Shown one piece after another: positions 49,178 through 61,200 of a stretch of DNA of 64,000 nt. The first letter of the stretch is position 1; each line of letters opens with the position of its first letter. Position numbers and translations under genes: made by a program. The notes beneath the pieces are model-generated. The model did no database searches. It worked only from the letters and a program-made list of their open reading frames with translations, and was not told where the DNA came from. The stretch lies in the NCBI GenBank assembly GCA_019694975.1, contig JAIBAY010000004.1, positions 378,516 through 442,515 on the forward strand, written 5' to 3'. The stretch is from Chitinophagales bacterium (lineage in GTDB: Bacteria > Bacteroidota > Bacteroidia > Chitinophagales > UBA10324).

Positions 49178-50557
49178 ATGGAAACCAGGCAAATTGAATT
49201 TACCAATTGGTCGCGGCAATATAAAAGCACGCCTGCCGTATATGCCATCCCTGAAAGTGCAGAAGACATCCAGGAAATAATCCGTAACAAGGAAAAATTC
49301 CCTTCCCCCGTGGTGGCAATCGGTTCCGGCCATTCCAACAGCGGCTGTAATGTGGTGAATGGCGGCACTGCTGTCTACATGAAAAAGTTTCTCCAGCTGC
49401 CTGAGCCGTCAGGCAATGAAATTACCGTAGGTGCAGGCCGGCAGTTGTATGAGATTCACCGGTTTCTTGCAGAAAGGAAACTGCAGTTGCCCTTTACGCC
49501 GGAGATCGGGAATGCTACTATTGGCAGCGTAGCATGTTGCTGCTTAAAGGATGCCGCAATCGGGCAGAGTTCCGGTATTGCAACGGGTATGATCAAAGGC
49601 ATACGTTTTATTGATGCAGCAGGCAATAACCGCAGCATGCAGCGCGGTGATGCAGGATGGGAAGTAATGACTTCAGGCCACGGTTTATTTTGCATCATCT
49701 ACGAAGTTACGCTCGACGTGCTGCCAATGAAGCTCGTGATACAGAATTACGTCAGCAGCAATGTGCATGATAAGAACTGGGAGGCTGCCTACCGCAAAAC
49801 GCTTGCTGAGAATGATGGCATCTTTGGATTAGTCAATGCCACGAATGGCAAGTTCATCTTTGAGACCCGCAACTTCAGCACAAAACAGGAAGTGCCGGGA
49901 TACATTGAAAATATCTACAACAAGCTTGATCAGAATGTATTCAAGTATTTCAATCCGATCATGGGTGCGGTGGAAACCAACTGGTGGTCGGTGAATGTGC
50001 GTAAGGTGGCCATGGCCGGGTTTGGATTCATGAAGATTTCATTCCGCAGAGGCAGGAGGACCTTTAAAAACCTGAAGCCCATTGATTACTCATACAAATA
50101 CAAATGGCGCTGGGATTTTCATTTCTGGGCTTATCCAACTGCCACTTTTCCCACGGTGGTGTTGCCGGCATTTATACAATTCCTCAGGAACTATAAAAAG
50201 GAACATCCGCGGTTTGATGAGAAAGGACTCATGGCCTGTTACAGGATCAGGGTGGAGAAGAAGGCGTTGCTCTCACCTTCCTTTGATGAAGAACGCATGA
50301 CGCTCGATCCATTGCGGCCTGTTACTACCGATCAGCAGTTGATGAAAGACTGGGATGAATTCTGCCATGCTTACAATGAGTTTGCCGTACAACATGGCGG
50401 CAAATGCACGTTCAATCAAACAAAAGTGCTTACGAAATCGCAGGTGGAAAAAGCCTTTGGTGATAAGTGGGAACAATTCAAAAAAAGCCGGGAACAGGCG
50501 GATCCGGAAAACAGGTTTTTAAGCAATTACTTCCGCGCATTAATGTATGGTAGCTGA
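49178..50557 (+). CDS. FAD-binding PCMH-type oxidoreductase (sugar-1,4-lactone/alditol oxidase-like)
   Basis: 459 aa. NWSRQYKSTPAVYAIPESAEDIQEII...VVAIGSGHSNSG is typical of FAD_binding_4 domains. Confidence 0.65.
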   Translation: METRQIEFTNWSRQYKSTPAVYAIPESAEDIQEIIRNKEKFPSPVVAIGSGHSNSGCNVVNGGTAVYMKKFLQLPEPSGNEITVGAGRQLYEIHRFLAERKLQLPFTPEIGNATIGSVACCCLKDAAIGQSSGIATGMIKGIRFIDAAGNNRSMQRGDAGWEVMTSGHGLFCIIYEVTLDVLPMKLVIQNYVSSNVHDKNWEAAYRKTLAENDGIFGLVNATNGKFIFETRNFSTKQEVPGYIENIYNKLDQNVFKYFNPIMGAVETNWWSVNVRKVAMAGFGFMKISFRRGRRTFKNLKPIDYSYKYKWRWDFHFWAYPTATFPTVVLPAFIQFLRNYKKEHPRFDEKGLMACYRIRVEKKALLSPSFDEERMTLDPLRPVTTDQQLMKDWDEFCHAYNEFAVQHGGKCTFNQTKVLTKSQVEKAFGDKWEQFKKSREQADPENRFLSNYFRALMYGS

Positions 50558-50595
50558 AGAATGGGTTGCTGTAGTTTTAGTGCGTCAGTAAAATT

Positions 50596-52053
50596 CTAAT
50601 GCTGCACGGTAAACTTACCGGTTACCTTGCCGGTAGTGGTGATCACATTCACAAAGTACGTTCCATTGTCATAACCGCTTACGTTGATGGAAAGAGAAGG
50701 TAATTGCGGATGATTGATTTCACTTACCATTTTTCCTGCTGCATTCCATATGCTTACCGATTTTATTGTCGATAGGGCACCGGATAGCTCAAGCTGTATT
50801 TGTTGCGCAGCCGGATTGGGGAAAAGTGAAAGACCGGTATTGTGCGACTTCAATGATTTACCTGCCGTTTTTTCCGGATTGGGAATATCAAAAGTATACT
50901 CTCCCCGCAGGCTGTTGCCATCGTGTTTGGTGATCCAGTTGGTGGCAGTATCAATGATGCCATCCAGATCATTCCAGGGGGAATCGGTATCATCTTTTCT
51001 TCCCATAAACCGGATCTGCAGCTCATTCGATGGAACGGTTACTCCATTGTTGCCTGAATATTTATACCGCACATTGTATCCTGCAGGCCCGTTACCTTTT
51101 ACACAATAGACGCCGTAGTAATAGGCAGGATGATTACCCAGTCCGCTGGCCACAACAGGTGGTGCATCAATCCTGTAAACGAAAATGCCTTCGCCGGTGA
51201 TGTCCTGTGTGAGCATTTTGTCACCGGAAGGAGATAGCAACGTGACTTTTACTTCAAACCAATTGTTTGTGAATTTAATCTTTGCCTCATTGCCCAAAGC
51301 AGCGCCGGAAGTCACCCTTGTCACATTCCCGTTGATGATACCATCCTCCGGTGCGGCAGCTTTATCGGCCAGTATATTGCTGCTGTATGATTCATCTGCC
51401 GTCCAGTAGCCAAGCATATCTGTTGAAGGTGTGACATACTTCACGCACACATTGTTACGGATCTGAAACTGTGAACGTGATTTCTTCCAGAGCCGGATCT
51501 CATCCATTTCCCCTTTATAGGAAACAGTGCCGGACGGTGATACAATTTTTCCAATAGTGGCCCTTGCGGCAGAATGACTGATGGTAACCGAAGAGGATGT
51601 GCCGTCCGTTGCGATAAATGATTGTGAAAGGCCATTGATATAAATCGTTACATCGGTCACCGACTTGCAGGAAACGGCAATATGCGTCCAGCTGTCAAGT
51701 GGAATGGATGCAATCGTAATATAACCTCTTTTAAATGCTGATCCGTTTCCAAGTCCGTTGCCAAATTCCAACTGCAGATTGCCCGACGTATTCAGCATAA
51801 TTCTTATTCCGTTTTCGGCATTTGCATCGTTGTCGGTGGAGATAATCGCACCCGAAGTATAGTCTGCCGGTTTTATCCAGGCCTCGAATAAAAATGGAAA
51901 AGTGACGGTGTTGTACACATCTCCTAAATCAACGTAGCTACCGGCATTACCGTCAAAAAGAAGGCTGATGCCGGCACCTACTTCATTTGACTGTGAGAAG
52001 GAACTACCTGTCGCGAAAAATAAAATGTTCAGTGCAATCAAATACTTTTTCAT
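50596..52053 (-). CDS. T9SS-secreted LamG/concanavalin-like lectin domain protein
   Basis: Start at MKKYLIALNILFFATGSSFSQ. It has a LamG_3-type motif (GEMDEIRLWKKSRS) and a C-terminal T9SS domain (LFPNPAAQQIQLEL...GTYFVNV...GKFTVQH). Confidence 0.8.
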   Translation of the reverse strand: MKKYLIALNILFFATGSSFSQSNEVGAGISLLFDGNAGSYVDLGDVYNTVTFPFLFEAWIKPADYTSGAIISTDNDANAENGIRIMLNTSGNLQLEFGNGLGNGSAFKRGYITIASIPLDSWTHIAVSCKSVTDVTIYINGLSQSFIATDGTSSSVTISHSAARATIGKIVSPSGTVSYKGEMDEIRLWKKSRSQFQIRNNVCVKYVTPSTDMLGYWTADESYSSNILADKAAAPEDGIINGNVTRVTSGAALGNEAKIKFTNNWFEVKVTLLSPSGDKMLTQDITGEGIFVYRIDAPPVVASGLGNHPAYYYGVYCVKGNGPAGYNVRYKYSGNNGVTVPSNELQIRFMGRKDDTDSPWNDLDGIIDTATNWITKHDGNSLRGEYTFDIPNPEKTAGKSLKSHNTGLSLFPNPAAQQIQLELSGALSTIKSVSIWNAAGKMVSEINHPQLPSLSINVSGYDNGTYFVNVITTTGKVTGKFTVQH

Positions 52054-52148
52054 AGCAGTTTTTACTGTTGTGGCGAGGTAAAATAGAGAGAATATGGAAA
52101 TCATTCCTAATCCGTTCAAAACAATATAGCCGCACTTCTTACCAGGGG

Positions 52149-55001
52149 TCAGTTGGCCAGTTCGAAGCGTGTCACGAGGAATTGTACCGGTGAGGTTTGC
52201 TGAATCGACTGATTGAAGGCATAGCTGTACCGGAATCCCGCCGACATATTGAAGAGCCGAAACAACCGCAGATCAATGAATAATTCAGCACCCGTGGAGG
52301 AAAGCGTGTTGCTGATGCCTTCCACTTTTCCGATGGAATAGTCGCAAAAGATATTCAACCTGATCCTTTGCAGCAGGGCAACCGGACTGATCGCTATGTC
52401 AGGATACCAGAGTGGAAATTCATAGTTGCCATATATGCCGTATTGCGTTTCAAAAGGAGTGGACTGGTAACCTCTTGGCATGATATACTTGTCCTGAAAC
52501 CGATAGGTGCCGATTACTTTTTCTGATTTATAGTTTAGATTTATATTGAAAGAATGTGTCTTGAACATTCCGGGGAAATACAATTGTGCAACCACCAGCA
52601 TTCTCTCCGGTTCAGCGTTGAATGATTTCAGATAAGAAAAGTTGACTTGCTGGCCCCACCTTGGCTTTACCTGTTGCCTTGCCTGTATCTGCAACCGGCT
52701 GAACGTAACTGCGGGTTCTGCCGCATGAAAGAATGTATGGCCGTTTAAAGCCGGGTCGCCGGTACTGTCTGCGGCTTGTATGTCATAGTAATGATACCAG
52801 CCGGAAATATTCAACTGTGTGCGGTAAGTTCCCCGCGTAAGCCTGAATGGCAATGTTATGCCACCGGACACCACATTTTCCGTCCACCGGATTTTCTGCA
52901 CTGCCAGGGAAACGGAATCAATAATTTTTCCATTCCTGTTTAACCCGTATTCATACTGTGCGTCAAGCAGCGGGTAAAAAGCAGCATACGTGAAACGCAG
53001 GTAGGAATGCAGGTTTTGTTCATTGGTGTTGTAAAGTATGCCCACGGTGCCCCTGAGGGTACTCATGATGTTTTGTGTATAGAATTCGGCGCCATACTCC
53101 GGCACATTGGGAATCGGAAACCAGCCGTAAAAATTAAACAAGCCGTCCGTGAGTGCATGGTATTTTTTTACAGCATAAGTTGTATCCTTCAGTGCTTCGG
53201 AAAGGTCGAAACCTTGTGACTGCATCAATGGTACATGAAACTGAATATCGGATGAAACCGGTCGGGTAACAGGTTTCCACTGTTCCGGTTGCAGTGCCAT
53301 TTCATGAATCCGCCGGCCATCGGCCGAATATTCGCTGTATAAAAGTTTTTTTCCGTCTGCTGAAACCGCTGGCTCCATCGCACCAAACCGTACAGTCGTA
53401 ACCTGGAAAATCTGACGGGTGGAAAGCTGAATGGCGTAGATATTATCAATGCCTGAATAGCCACCGGAATAATAAACATAATCGCCTGATGGGAATGGGC
53501 GGCTGACAGGAACATCGGTATATTCGAGTAATTGACTGGATGCACCTGATTCAACATCCATGGCGATGATGGCATTCCCATATTTTGTCAGAGCAAGTGC
53601 TACAATCTGCCGGTCATTATCGGTGAAGCGTGGTTGTGAAAAATTAATGTTTTCAGGATTGTCAAAGCGCCGCAATTCTTTTCCTGACGCTGCATCAAGC
53701 AGGACGATGTTGAATTTTCCAGTAAGGTCTATTGAAACGGCAACCACCTTCTTCCCGTCGTTGGATGGTGCAGGTGAGAAATAACGGGAATGACCGGATA
53801 ACTGCTGCTTCTTTCCGGTAGCAAAATCATACAACATAATCACGGAGTAATCGCGGTTGAACCAGCGCGCATCAAAGGATGATTCGGCCCATGTCATCAG
53901 GTGGCCGGTGACGGTGGTCGTCAGATGGTCATCGGTATAGATGCCGGGTGAAAATAATTTTTCTTCACCACCATCCGGGAGCAGCCGGTAGTACGTGTTG
54001 ATTTCATTAAACGCATTTTTCAATACGAGTACTGATCCATCCTGTAAGTAATGCGGGAAACGGTAATTGGTATATATGCCGGATGGAACAGGGGTAATGG
54101 TGGAGGAAACGGTTAACCCGATTGATTGATCGGTTGACTTGAAAACGCTGTCGAGGTCATGCAGTGTTGCCGCATATAATTTCCGGGGCGTCCATCCTGT
54201 AACCTGTTGGAGGCTTCTTCCAAACGGATAAAAGAATCCCTTTTTGTTGTAAATATCATCCAGCACTTTTCTCCAGGTTTCATCACCGAAGTGTGCGCGG
54301 GCATTCGAAACCATGTAGTAACCGATACGGTAAGGATTGGGAATGTAGTCCTTGTACGACGACCATGTTCCCACATCATAGCGATAATGTTTTCCGGATA
54401 GGATTAACGCGCGGTATTCCATATTGAATGACGGAAGCCTGCCGCGGCCGCCTTTCGTCAGCAGTGTTTCATTAACGACGGCATCGCCTTCGCGAAACCA
54501 GAGTGGTTGTGTAAAAAGGGTATTCAGCAGCCATCCTGTTTGCCCCATCAATATTTTGTAGGGAAGGGTAAATCCTTCATTGGCTTCAGAAAACTGCTGC
54601 GTATGCCGGTATTCATGGGCAATAAGCGCATCACTCCATACTACCGGCCCCAAAAAGGAATTTTGCGGTGGTGTAAGATAATATTCGTTGCGCCACGGCG
54701 CCGGTGTGCTGAATCCGCCTGGCAGGGTGGAGAGGTGTTGCAGAATAGCAGCCACTTCTTTTGTATGGCCGGTGCCGGAAATACTTTCATCGTGCTGACG
54801 CACATAGTTCATGATACTTGCTGTGTGAAAAGCCATCGTATCTAAGCTTTCCGGGAAAATGATCCGTCCGGTGGGGGATTGCAACTGGTACCACTGCACC
54901 GACGGAGGATTAATGCCTAACCTTCCCTGTGGTTCTTCCTGTGCGAAGATGACCTGCACAGGCAAAACCAATAACAGGAAGAGCAAGTATCTTTTTTTCA
55001 T
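52149..55001 (-). CDS. large outer-membrane protein: HExxH (MA-like) module + TolB-like beta-propeller + Omp85-like C-terminal barrel
   Basis: Start at MKKRYLLFLLLVLPVQVIFAQ (ATG at 55001). It has ALIAHEYRHTQQF followed by WFREGDAVVNE. The middle region has WD40/TolB-like repeats (SPAPSNDGKKVV, EPAVSADGKKLLYSEY). The last ~330 aa are rich in aromatic and Gly-alternating beta-strands. Confidence 0.6.
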   Translation of the reverse strand: MKKRYLLFLLLVLPVQVIFAQEEPQGRLGINPPSVQWYQLQSPTGRIIFPESLDTMAFHTASIMNYVRQHDESISGTGHTKEVAAILQHLSTLPGGFSTPAPWRNEYYLTPPQNSFLGPVVWSDALIAHEYRHTQQFSEANEGFTLPYKILMGQTGWLLNTLFTQPLWFREGDAVVNETLLTKGGRGRLPSFNMEYRALILSGKHYRYDVGTWSSYKDYIPNPYRIGYYMVSNARAHFGDETWRKVLDDIYNKKGFFYPFGRSLQQVTGWTPRKLYAATLHDLDSVFKSTDQSIGLTVSSTITPVPSGIYTNYRFPHYLQDGSVLVLKNAFNEINTYYRLLPDGGEEKLFSPGIYTDDHLTTTVTGHLMTWAESSFDARWFNRDYSVIMLYDFATGKKQQLSGHSRYFSPAPSNDGKKVVAVSIDLTGKFNIVLLDAASGKELRRFDNPENINFSQPRFTDNDRQIVALALTKYGNAIIAMDVESGASSQLLEYTDVPVSRPFPSGDYVYYSGGYSGIDNIYAIQLSTRQIFQVTTVRFGAMEPAVSADGKKLLYSEYSADGRRIHEMALQPEQWKPVTRPVSSDIQFHVPLMQSQGFDLSEALKDTTYAVKKYHALTDGLFNFYGWFPIPNVPEYGAEFYTQNIMSTLRGTVGILYNTNEQNLHSYLRFTYAAFYPLLDAQYEYGLNRNGKIIDSVSLAVQKIRWTENVVSGGITLPFRLTRGTYRTQLNISGWYHYYDIQAADSTGDPALNGHTFFHAAEPAVTFSRLQIQARQQVKPRWGQQVNFSYLKSFNAEPERMLVVAQLYFPGMFKTHSFNINLNYKSEKVIGTYRFQDKYIMPRGYQSTPFETQYGIYGNYEFPLWYPDIAISPVALLQRIRLNIFCDYSIGKVEGISNTLSSTGAELFIDLRLFRLFNMSAGFRYSYAFNQSIQQTSPVQFLVTRFELAN

Positions 55002-55266
55002 GGGCAGATATTCCGGTAATAATAACGCATGAATACGGAAAAGTAACAAGCAGCAAGTAGAAAAGAATGCGGATAGTTTGCTGTATTGAAATAACCGTTG
55101 CTGCCTTTCTCTTGCATTCTGCAATCATACAATAAAGATGGCAGCATATCTCTATTTGACAAAGGCACAAAGACAAAGTGTTTATGTATCGTATTCTTCT
55201 TAAACATGTTGATGACGGTTTCAAGCCTTCTTTTGCCCGTTTGAGCAGACATTTTTTGCCTGCTTA

Positions 55267-58200
55267 GTGAAACATATTGAGATTTATGGCAGTAGAACTA
55301 CAATTCGCCTTTTCAGCCAAAGCGTTAATGCCACCTTAGCCATGATTATTTTTTACCCGGGCAAATCTAACTACCGGAAAGCGGCTGACCTTAGTGCGAC
55401 AAGAATTGTCGTGGGCGTAATCATATGGCTGACGATTTCTATACTACAGGTAACTGCTCAGGAACTAACCTCACGTGTTACTTCAAAGGCTGTCAATACG
55501 CAGTTTATTAACGGTGAAAATATTGCGGCAGGCACAAACCTGTCCTCTACAGCAGCAGTTTTTATCCGCAATGTCGGGCAATATGGCGATACCCTTTCCG
55601 GCATTGCAGGCATGCAGCAGATCATATACGGATATGAAGGTTTTGACATGCCGGTTCTTTTTACGCCGCGGGGGCTGATCTATTTACAACGAACCGTTAA
55701 ACAACCATCGGAAGAGGCAAGGGAGGAGATGGAGCGCAAAGGATTTTCTGAAGAGGAGATTATGCTTTCAGGCGTGGTTAAGGAAAGAACGGTTACCATG
55801 CGTTGGCTCAATGCAAATCCTCATCCTGAAATTGTGGCGTCAGCACCGGGCACCGGCTATTTCACCTACGGCAGGCTTCCTGAAAAAGCGCTGTCGTATA
55901 AGAAGATTACCTACAAAGAATTATATCCCGGAATTGATATTGAGTACAGTTTTACGGCAAGCAGCAAAAGAGGATTTGAATACAAAATTGTAGTAAGGCC
56001 GGGTGCCGATCTCAGTGTGTTACAACTGGAATATGGCGGTGATGTTGTGAGTGTAAGGCAAGATCAGAATGGCGGTGTAACCGTGAAGACAGGCATTGGA
56101 AAGATTAATGAGACTGCACCTGTTACCTATTATGCCGAGGATGCCGGGAGCCGGGTGATGCTGTCTTCCAGACTGGAAAACAATGTGCTTCGTTTTACTG
56201 CACCTGCTGATTATGACAGGCATCGCACGCTCATCATTGATCCTTTCATCAGCGCCGCCACTAACCTTACCGGCACCAATGCCGGCAAAGCAAAAGACGT
56301 GGATTTTGATTATGCGGGAAATATTTATGTCACCGGCGGAGGTGACGGTAATGTTTATCAACTGGCTAAATACAATGCTTCCGGTGCCTGGCAATGGACA
56401 TTTAACGGATCACTTTCGATTCCCTACTGGACGTTTGGCACCTATTACGGCGGATGGGTGGTGGAGAAAAATACGGGCAGCATCTACCTCGGGCAAGGGT
56501 TTAATTACGCAACAGGATTTGCGATTGTCAGAATTAATACCGCGGGACTGTACGACAACTACATCACGGCTACTAATGTAAATTTCAGGGAAGACTGGAA
56601 GATGTACTGGAGTTGTAACAGCGGAGTACCTAAAATCCTGATTGCCGGCGGCGGTACCAATTCCAATATCAATTTCGGAATCTGTTCTCCGCCCTCCACA
56701 GTGCTGTCATCTTTGAATGTAACCAATATAGCCTACAGCACTTCCTCAGGATGGGCGCAGGATATCGCTGACATCATCATTGACCCGGTTACCAATGACA
56801 TGTACACGATTTATGGTTCCCTGATAGGTACGCCTTCCTTGTGCAATATGATCTATAAAAACACGTCGCCTTATAGTGGCGCAACGGTTTCATGGAGTGT
56901 TAACTCAGGCTTTACTGTAATACAGGAAATTGCCAACCGGCCCTACATGACGGGTGGCATCATTGAAAATTCCTGCAATGTTTTCGCCATCAATTCTTCC
57001 TACTTGTTTTACTGGGATGGGAAAAATCTTAAAGCCATTAACAAAGCAACCGGCGCAGGGGTAGGAGCATCACTGACAATAGCGGCGAATACTGCTTTGT
57101 GGAGTGGCGGAATCATTGCCGATGAATGTAACAATGTATTTGTGGGCTCAGTCAATGGAACCATTAAAGTATACCACTTTAACGGCGCTGCTTTTGATGA
57201 TGCTGCTAAACCTGACATTACTATTACCGGCTACACAACAAAATCAGTCTATGATCTGGCATATGATGAAGCGAATACCCTGCTCTATGCCAGCGGGGAT
57301 GGATTTGTTGCCTCGTTTGATGTAACGGCATACGGATGTGCAAACACTTCCTATACGATAACACCTTCACCAAACTGCGCAACTGCATCTGTATCCACAA
57401 CGCTGAGTCCGGCACCACCGTCAGGCTCTGTAATAAATTACTACCTGTATACAGGAAGCACTCTTGTAGCTACGAATTCTACCGGTACTTTTACCGGACT
57501 GACACCAGGCGTTACCTACACGATCATTGCATTCATCAATCAAACATGCAGCGGTACCTCTACCACCGCTGATTTCTTTTTACCCGGTCCCGCACTTACT
57601 TTGAACAGCACCAACACCTTATGTGGAAGCAATACCGGAACCATTTCTGCGTCCGGGGCTGGCGGCTCTTTACCATATACCTTTAGTATTGATGGCGTAC
57701 TATTCCAGGTCAGTGGTTCTTTTACCAATTTGGGTGCTGGTGTGTACACCGTCACTATAAAAGATGCCGGTGGCTGCAGTACAACAGACACAATAACCAT
57801 TATCAATTCAAACGGGCCTTCACTGTCATTTACCAAAACAGATGCCTTGTGCAGCAGTAATAACGGAACCATTACTGCTAACGGTAGCGGTGGTGCACCT
57901 CCCCTCGAATACAGCATAGACGGTTCGACCTTTCAGCTCAATAATTTCTTCACCGGACTCAATGCAGGTACATACACCCTGACGGTAAAAGATGCAACAG
58001 GTTGCCTTAATGAAGTTATTGTTTTGATTAGCAATACCGGCGGTCCTGTCCTTACTGCCACTCCGGCCGCTACGTACTGTAACAGCAACAATGGCAAAAT
58101 AACCGCCTTTGCAACGGGCGGAACAGCACCTCTTCAATACAGTATTGATGGAAATAATTTCCAGGTCAGCAATGTCTTTACCGGATTGGCTGCCGGATCT

Positions 58201-61200
58201 TATACTGTTACCGTGATGGATGCCAATGGTTGCATCGGTTCCTATGCAGTAACAATTGCCAATTCTGCCGGACCAACAGTAACCGCTACCACCACAGCAG
58301 CGGCATGTGGAAACAGCAATGGTACTATCACCGCTACCGGCTTAAGCGGAACAGCACCGCTTCAATACAGCATCAACGGTGTTACTTTTCAAAGCAGTGG
58401 TTTTTTTGGCGGACTTACTGCAGGATCTTATACGGTAACTGTTAAAGATGCGAACGGGTGCACAAGTACATTTAGTACTACTGTCGGCAATTCCAATGCA
58501 CCTACCGTAACTGCCACTACCGTTTCTGCTACCTGCAATACCAGTAATGGCTCGGTTACCGCTACAGGTTCCGGCGGTACTGCACCTTTAACATTCAGCA
58601 TCAATGGCTTTACCTTCCAGGCAAGTGGCTTGTTCAGCGGGCTTGCTCCAGGCAGTTATACCATATTGGTAAAAGATGCTTTGGGTTGTATCGGTGCAAC
58701 TATTGTGGCGGTGACCAATACATCAGGACCGTCTGTTTCAGCAATGGTGACGCCTGCTGCCTGCGGCGCAAACAATGGTATTATTACCGCAAACGGAACG
58801 GGCGGCACCGGCTTATTACAGTACAGTTTGAATAATGGCACTTATCAGGTGAGCAGCATCTTCTCCGGACTTTCAACAGGCACGTATACACTTACGGTTA
58901 AAGATGCCAATGGATGTATCAGCACGATTACGGTAATTATGACAAATGCATCAGGCTTATCACTTACAGCCAGTTCCATTGCCACACCGTGTAGCGGAAG
59001 CGATGGCATTGTGACAGCAATAGCGGCAGGAGGTGTTGGATTATTGCAATACAGTATTGACGGTTCTACTTTTCAAAGCAGTAATATATTTACCGGACTG
59101 GCCGCCGGCATTTATACGGTTACCGTGCAGGATGCCAATGGTTGTTCAGCCAATGCAACAGTGACCGTTTCGATTATTTTTTCTCCAACTATAACGGCTG
59201 CGGTAACCAATGCCAACTGCACAAGCAGCAATGGAATTATTACCGCTACCGGTTCAGGTGGCACACCGCCCTATACCTATAGCATTGACGGTGTAAATTT
59301 TCAAAGTAGCAATGTCATTTCTGCTCTTGCACCGGGAACTTATACTGTAACAATAAAGGATGCCGCAGGTTGCACCGGCACAACCAGTGTTACTATTATC
59401 AATGTAGGTTCCGGTCCGCCGCCTTCGATCACAATTATCAAAGCCGATAATATTCCTTGCGATGGCTCTGGCGATCCCGGCGAAATAAAGGTTTCAGGAA
59501 CCGGTGGAACAGGTCCCTATCAATTTAGTTTTGAAGGTGGACCATTCAGTAATACAAATAACTGGGACATTGATACCGCCGGAACCTACAGCGTTACTAT
59601 TAAGGATGCCAATGGTTGTACAACCACCATAGAAATTACTATAAGTGTTGACGTTGCTCCGGGATTGACTGCAACAGTGACGAATTCCGTTTGTGGCAGC
59701 AGCACCGGTATTATTGTAGCTTCAGGAAGCGGTGGAGAACCTCCTTATAAATACAGTCTAAATGGTGGTCCTTATCAATCAAGCGGCACATTCTCCGGTC
59801 TTGCTCCCGGAACCTATACCATTACTATCAAAGATGATGAAGGCGACTGTAAGCCGTCCATCACTGTTAACGTTTTAAGCATTGGCGGACCAACTGTTAC
59901 GCTGGTAAAGACAGATGCGATGTGTGGATTGATTAATGGCACGATCACGGCAACAGGGGTAGGCAATGCGCCACTAACCTACAATCTTAACAATGGAGCT
60001 TTTCAAAGCAGTAACGTGTTCTCCGGACTTAATGCGGGCACTTACACAGTATTAATTAAGGATGCCATTGGATGTTTAGGTGCAGCAATCATTAGCATTT
60101 CAGCTTTTTCTGCTCCTTCCGTAAATGCGGTTGCCACTGGAACTTCCTGCGGATTAATAAATGGTACCATCACGGCAAACGGCAGTGGTGGCAGCGGAAC
60201 CTTGCAATACAGTCTGAATGGAACTACCTATCAAACCAGTACGGTATTTACCGGACTCGCTTCCGGATCCTATACTGTTTGGGTAGTTGATCCTGGAGGC
60301 TGCTTTGCAAATTCTGCTGTTTCGGTGCCTGCCACTTCATCGCCTCTGCTTACTGCCTATGGCATTCCAGCTTCTTGCGGAAATGCCACTGGCTCCATTG
60401 TAGGAACCGGATCCGGAGGCACATCGCCTTATCAGTTCAGTATTGACGGTTCCACTTTTCAAAGCAGTGGTACCTTTTCAGGACTTGCAGCCGGAGCCTA
60501 TACGCTTACCATAAAGGACCTCAACGATTGTCAGAATACGACTATAGTTAATGTCCCTAATTTAAATGCGCCGACGCTCAGCACGTCGGCCACCTCATCA
60601 AAGTGCGGAAATGCGAATGGTACCATTACCGGCACCGGATCAGGTGGTACACCACCATTGCAATACAGTATTGACGGCGTCAACTTCCAGAGTTCCGGTA
60701 TCTTTAATGGAGTGGCAGCAGGTATCTATACGGTTACTGTGAAAGACGGTAATGGTTGCATCACCACGAAACTGGTAGATGTAGCAAACATTGAAGGGCC
60801 TTCCACTTTAACGGCCAACATCATAGCGGCTACTTGTGGAAATAACAATGGCAAACTAACCGCAACGGCCACTGGAGGTACCGGTGCACTAAGCTATAGC
60901 CTTGATGGTTCAACATATCAGGCAGGAACTGTCTTTACTCCGCTTGCTGCCGGCACCTATACCCTTTGGGTAAAAGATAACAATGGCTGCACTAAAACAA
61001 TTACCGTTACTATTCCCAACCTGGAAGGTCCGGTATTGACAACTACTACATCACCTTCTACCTGCTATGCGAATGATGGCACCATTACCGCTACCGCCAC
61101 AGGAGGCACAGTAGCCATTACTTACAACAAAGACGGAGGTGCTTATCAGTCAAGTAATGTATTCACCGGTTTGGCCTCCGGTGTTTATGTGATCAATGCA

